Program-made: the position numbers and the translations under genes | Assembly (NCBI GenBank): GCA_951406725.2 | Contig: OX597814.1 | Location: forward strand, 108,934,001 to 108,998,000 | Direction: 5' to 3' | Source of the DNA: Octopus vulgaris | Lineage: Eukaryota | Length of the DNA stretch: 64,000 nt | Shown: piece by piece, positions 54,783 to 60,700 of the stretch | How the letters are laid out: each line of letters opens with the position of its first letter | How positions within the stretch are numbered: the stretch's first letter is position 1 | Notes under the pieces: generated by a model | The model's database searches: none | Told to the model about the DNA's origin: nothing | The model's input: the letters and a program-made list of their open reading frames with translations, nothing else

Positions 54783-57700
54783 TCTCTTTTTTTTAATTTC
54801 CTATTGGTCCTATGGATTTTTCCCCCTAGTCTTGGAGGATATGGCAAGTCATTGAGCAGTAAAACTTTTACATCTAATTAATTGGATCCAATCCATGCCC
54901 CCAAGAAAAACAGACATTGATGATGATAATGATTGGACATGTGCAAGAGGCCCCTGTTAGCACAAACCTTTTCAGTTGCTACCCACTTGCTCTTCCCAAC
55001 CAACCCACAACAGCTACAGTCAATGTAGGTACAATGAAAGATCAATCTGATGAGATCGATGAAATGCTGCAATGGAGTAATGTAGATGTGTGTTGTGTGC
55101 AAGAGATAAGATGGAAAGGAGTCTCAGCTAGATTTCTCACAGGTGAGAAACAGAGATATAAATTCTTCTGGATGGGCAGTAGTGATGGTGTGAGAGATGT
55201 AGGCATACTTTTGGCAGAGAAACGAATAGATAAGGTAGTAGAGTGTGTGAGAGAATAATGAAATTTAAATCTTGGCAACATATATATATATATGTAGTAA
55301 GGAGAGAAGCAGAAAGGAAGAGGTTTGCCAATGTTCTGCAGCATGAGGATCAGGGGGCATGAGGGGTTCTGGGTTGCATGACAGTGTGCCAGAGAAAACC
55401 ATGATGATGTAAGAGAGAAGTGTGTAGATATGGATCATGCACTCAGTGATTCTGAAAAGAAAGAGGCATGGAAGTGTTACCACGAAGGACTGCTAAATCT
55501 GGAGAATTCATCTCCGGCTTTCCTTTTGCACTCATGCTCACCCACTCACCCTATCCAATCGTTTGTACCACTTCATTTATATACCCTTCTCTGTACACAC
55601 GAGGGAACATTCTGACACATCTTCACCATCTTCTCTCTTTCTTTCTCCTTTCTTTCTCTCTCTCCCTGACTGAGATAGACATGTATCTTCTCTGTTGAAA
55701 GATCCCTACTTTTGTCCCTCTGTTCATACTCTAACCTCTCATAACCTAGCACAAAGCCACCTCCCTCAGTTGAGGAGGTCTTGTCCTTAAAGGCACTTGA
55801 CAATCTCACTGGTACCATAAGAAAACATGCACCCAGTACACTCTGTAACATGACTGGCTTTAGCAAGGACATCCAGACGTAGAAACCAGGTCAAAGCAGA
55901 CAGTGGAGCCTGGTGCTGCCCTCTGGCTTGCCAGCTCCTGGCAAACAGACATTAAATAATGATGATGATACAAGAGGCTTCTTTCAGTTTCTGTCTACCA
56001 AGTCTATGCACAAGGCATTGATAGGCCCATGGCTATAGTAGAAGATGCCTGCCCAGGATGCCATGCAGTGGGACTGAACCCAAGACAACACGGTTGGAAA
56101 GCAAGCTTCTTTACTGTTATGTATGACCAGTAATTCCTGGTTCAAAGAAACTAATTTCCAGTCCCAGTCCGAAGCAGTAAGGTATCACATAGTGTTAGCC
56201 ATGATATTCTCAATTCAACGTATGCTATTCAAAATGGCCACTTTCTCTCTCTCTCAGCATCAAATGCGCATGCCCTTTATATCAAGGGAAGTCACTCAAA
56301 TCACAACACAATTTGCATAACATTTACCAAACAGCCACACTTGCACCTAACAACAGTCAACTCGATCCTAACGACTCTCAACTAAGCGATTAATCTCTAT
56401 ATACATAAAGCTGAAGTTGTCTGTGTATGGCAGGTTTGATAGCCTTCAACTAACACTATCTCCTCTGAGACCCTGCAGCGCAAGTTGACCAAAATTGAGA
56501 GCATGATAGAAGAAAGCTTACTCTTCTTTCTGTAGAAGAAAAAATTCAAATCGGACCATGTTAAGACCAAAAATTATTTACATCAAAAAGGTGCTTTTTT
56601 TCTATGAAAATCCCTATTTTTTACAATTTTTTGGCTGCTGTGTCGCCATTTTTTGGTGTATTTCAACCAGAAAAAATGTTCACTTAAAGAGCTACATAAA
56701 GCAAAATTTTTCCTTTTCAAAAATTCCAATTCTAAAGTGTCGAAACAAACCCGAGCAATGCTGGGCGATACTGCTAGTATTTATATAATTAAAGATGAAT
56801 GTGCAAAATGATTACATACTTTGGTTCCTTCCAAGTACTTCATTATGGTATTTCAATTCCAGCATTGGATCCAGATAAATGTCATCAAATGTAATTTCTT
56901 CAAAGTAACCTTCGCCAATCAAATATATCGTGGTAGTCTCATATGGATTGTCATGAACCACCAGCTGCACATGGCCGTGACTTTTGACAGCTTCTTTGGG
57001 TTGAAAAGTCACATCAAATTCAGCTTTCTCGTTACAATCAAGGCTGACTGATGCAGTATGCAGCTGTTTTTTAACAGCTAAAATATATAAAACGTAAAAC
57101 AATCTTTTCCAGAGAATTCAGTGAAATTGGTTTAAAATAAAACAAAAATAAATATTAAACAACTTTTAACTGTTAAATCATCAACATTTTTATGATTTTT
57201 TAACATTTTTATGATTTTTCATGTTTACTTTTCCATGCTGTTATTATAATAATATGTCTACTTTCCTTACTGGCAGGGTTGTTCCTCTTCTCCTACCCAG
57301 GTTAAGGGACCACATCTGGTTCATAACTTTTATTTTTGGCTTGGTTTCTATGGTGAAATGCCCTTTCTAATACCAACCATTTTACAGAATGTACTGGATT
57401 CATTTTATCATGACACCAGCACTAGGGAGGTTCATATACAAATCTAAAGGGTTCTCACAGCACTAAACAACAACTGAGTGTACTGGGTGCCTTTTGTTTT
57501 TCATAACACTAGAACTAGATAATACAGTTCTATATTTAAGAGATGAGGAATTATGTACATTATTTACATTTGATGGATATTTATCCTCATCTTGTTTGTT
57601 GTTAACACGACGTTTGGCTGATATACTTTCCAGCCTTCATCAAGTGTCTTGGGAAAATTTTGAATCTGGGTTCTCATTCCTAAGGTATTTTTCGATGTTA

Positions 57701-60700
57701 TTATATATGAAAGGTTGCTCAATAAAGAAAATGAATGGGAGAAAGAGAGTCTGCTGAATGTCGACCTAACAAAAGAATCAGCTACCCGAGTTGACAGTAC
57801 CTTGGTAGAAAAAGCAATTAAGAGTATGAAGACAGGGAAAGCCCTCAGCCCATCAGGAATCACTGCAGAGGTACTCAAAATACGTGGCAGTGTCGGCTAT
57901 AGCTTAGTCACCCGTATAGTTAATCAGGTGATACACGAAGGAGTCATACCTAATGACTGGTGTAGCAGCACCATAGTCAACTGCTACAAAGGTAAAGGTG
58001 ACACTTTAGATACAAATAATTACAGAGGTATCAAGTTGTTGGATCAGGTAACGAAGGTCATGGAGAGGGTCATAGCCCAACTAATTAGGGAGAAAGTCAC
58101 TTTAGATGAGATGCAGTTTGGGTTCGTGCCAGGGAAAAGCATCATTGATGCTATATTTCTGGAAAGATTGCTGCAGGAGAAATACCAAGTCAAAGATAAA
58201 CCTCTGTACCTGGCTTTTGTTGACATGGAGAAAGCTTTTGACAGGGTCCCCCGATTCTTTATCAGGTGGTCAATGTGGAAACTAGGGATAGATGAATGAT
58301 TAGTGACAGCTGTGCAAGCCATGTACAGGGACATTGTCAGTAAGGTGAGAGTTGAATACTGTTACAAAAGGTTTTGAATACTGTTACAAAATGTTTGCCT
58401 CCTTGGCACGGCCAGAATAATCAGGAAATTATTAGATAGATGAAAAGAATGGAAGTTCTGGAAGCTAGTCCTTGCTTAATTAATCACTGCTTATGCACAT
58501 TAACCCTTTATTACCAGCCCGGCTGAAACCAGCTCTGGCTCTGTAGTACAAATGTCTTGTTTTCAAAAGTTCTGAATTAGTCACCATTTATGTTCCTAAC
58601 ACTAGTTTAATGATAACTAAGTTATTTAACTAACTTCTTTGTTATATTTAAAATTAATTGAAAGAAACACAGAGCATCTCAAAATAATACAGTAACGAAA
58701 GGGTTAAAATATATAATAGAGAAACAATTCTTAACCTTTTCGATACCAACCTGCCTGAAACTGCCTCTGGCTTTGTAGTACGAATGTCTTGTTTTCATAA
58801 GTTCTCAATTAAAATCTTCCACCAAACCTTAGTCACAATTTATGTTCCTAACACTAGCTGAATGATAACTAAGTTATTTTACTAAATTCTTTGTTATATT
58901 TAAAGTAATTGAAAGAAACACAGAACATCTCAACAGAAATACAGTAACGAAAGGGTTAAGATTGCAGAAAAATATCTGCTTTGGATTATTGCTCCAAATC
59001 TATGGCTCACTTCCAGTGCTTGTGATGCTTCCTCAACCAAAAGGAAGTGGAAGCTACTGTGAAGAATTTCTTCACCACAAAGGACAAGAACTGGTGTCAA
59101 TGTGGAATCAAAGAACTGACAGAAAGGTAGTTTCAGATGGTGCAACACAATGGCCTCTACTTTGAATGTTAGGCTGTGTTTGTTTTTCTTTTTGTAACTT
59201 GGGAAATAAAGCGAATATATTTCTTTACTACCCACAAGGAGCTAAACACAGAGAGGACAAACAAGGACAGACAAAGGAATTAAGTCAATTACATTGACCC
59301 CAGTGCATAACTGGTACTTAATTTATCGACCCCGAAAGGATAAAAGGCAAAGTTGACCTCAGCGGAATTTGAACTCGGAATGTAGTGGCAGACGAAATAT
59401 GGCTATGCATTTTGCCCATCATGCTAACGTTTCTGCCAGCTCGCCACCTAAATAAAGCGAATAAGTTACCAAAATATTGCAAAATGTTTGACTCAGTACA
59501 ATAAAGAAACTTAAGAAAAACTTACATTGTTCAGATTGTTGGGTGAATTCATCAACCTTAAGTTGGTTAACGACTGGTTTCAGTGAGAAGACATCTTCTG
59601 AGTCAATCAAATCAAGATCAACCTAACAAGAGATTGTCATTACAGTGGTTATTTGCATAAATTAATTACAAACAGCAGAGGAAATGAAGAATTTTGAAAA
59701 TATCGATATGTTATAGATTTAGAATGAATTTGATTGTAATTAATTATTTGTTACTCATTAATCAATAATTTGATTAATAACAAGCAAAACATTGTCCTCA
59801 TCATTTAACATCCATGTTCCATGTTGGTATGAATAGGATGGTTTGACAAGATCTGATGCATCCAACAACTGCATCATGTTCCAATATTTACTTTGGCTGG
59901 TTTCTAAGGCTGGTTGCCCATCATAATGCCAACCACTTTACAATGTGTACTGGGTGCTTTTTTAATTTTCTTGGCACTAGTGCTCATCATCATCATCGTT
60001 TAACGTCCGCTTTCCATGCTAGCATGGGTTGGACGATTTTGACTGAGGACTGGCGAACTAGATAGCTGCGTCAGGCTCAATCTGATCTGGCAGAGTTTCT
60101 ACAGCTGGATGCCCTTCCTAACACCAACCACTCCAAGAGTGTAGTGGGTGCTTTTTATGTGCCACCGGTACGGGGGCCAGTCAGGCGGTACTGGCGATGA
60201 CCTCACTCGAATCTTTTTACACATGCCACCGGCACAGGTGCCAGTAAGGCAACGTTGGTTAGCTCATGACTAAGATTTCTTTTGAACGAGTCAGGGAGGT
60301 TACAGGTGACAGTAGAAATGATGTGAGAGACACACAATGCCAAGGATAGAGTCAGAAGTACATAGAGGTGGAAATAATAGGGGGGGGGGGTCTATCACTG
60401 GCAGATATGAGAGCGGTGAAAGTGGATGAAAGACGTTTCAGTAAGAAAAAAGGGTGGTAAAGGATAACATTAAGAATGCAGGTGACAAAAGTAAGTGGTT
60501 CCAGGGAGAGTGATGTCTGGTTACACAACAAGGGAATGAAATATGTGCAGTTCTGCTCTTATATAGTTACAGCAGCTAAGTGAATAATGCTGTAGAGAGA
60601 AGAGTGATGGAAGGGTGAGACTTGGGTGCAAGGGTACAAACTGGTTGCAGGGGTACAAAATGGAAGCTAAAAGAGTCCTTATTTTCATAATGTAAATAAC

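Noticed and set aside
55660-55710. Hammerhead at CTGACTGA...GAAA
   Set aside because: Core spacing is wrong and there is no stem I or cleavage triplet.
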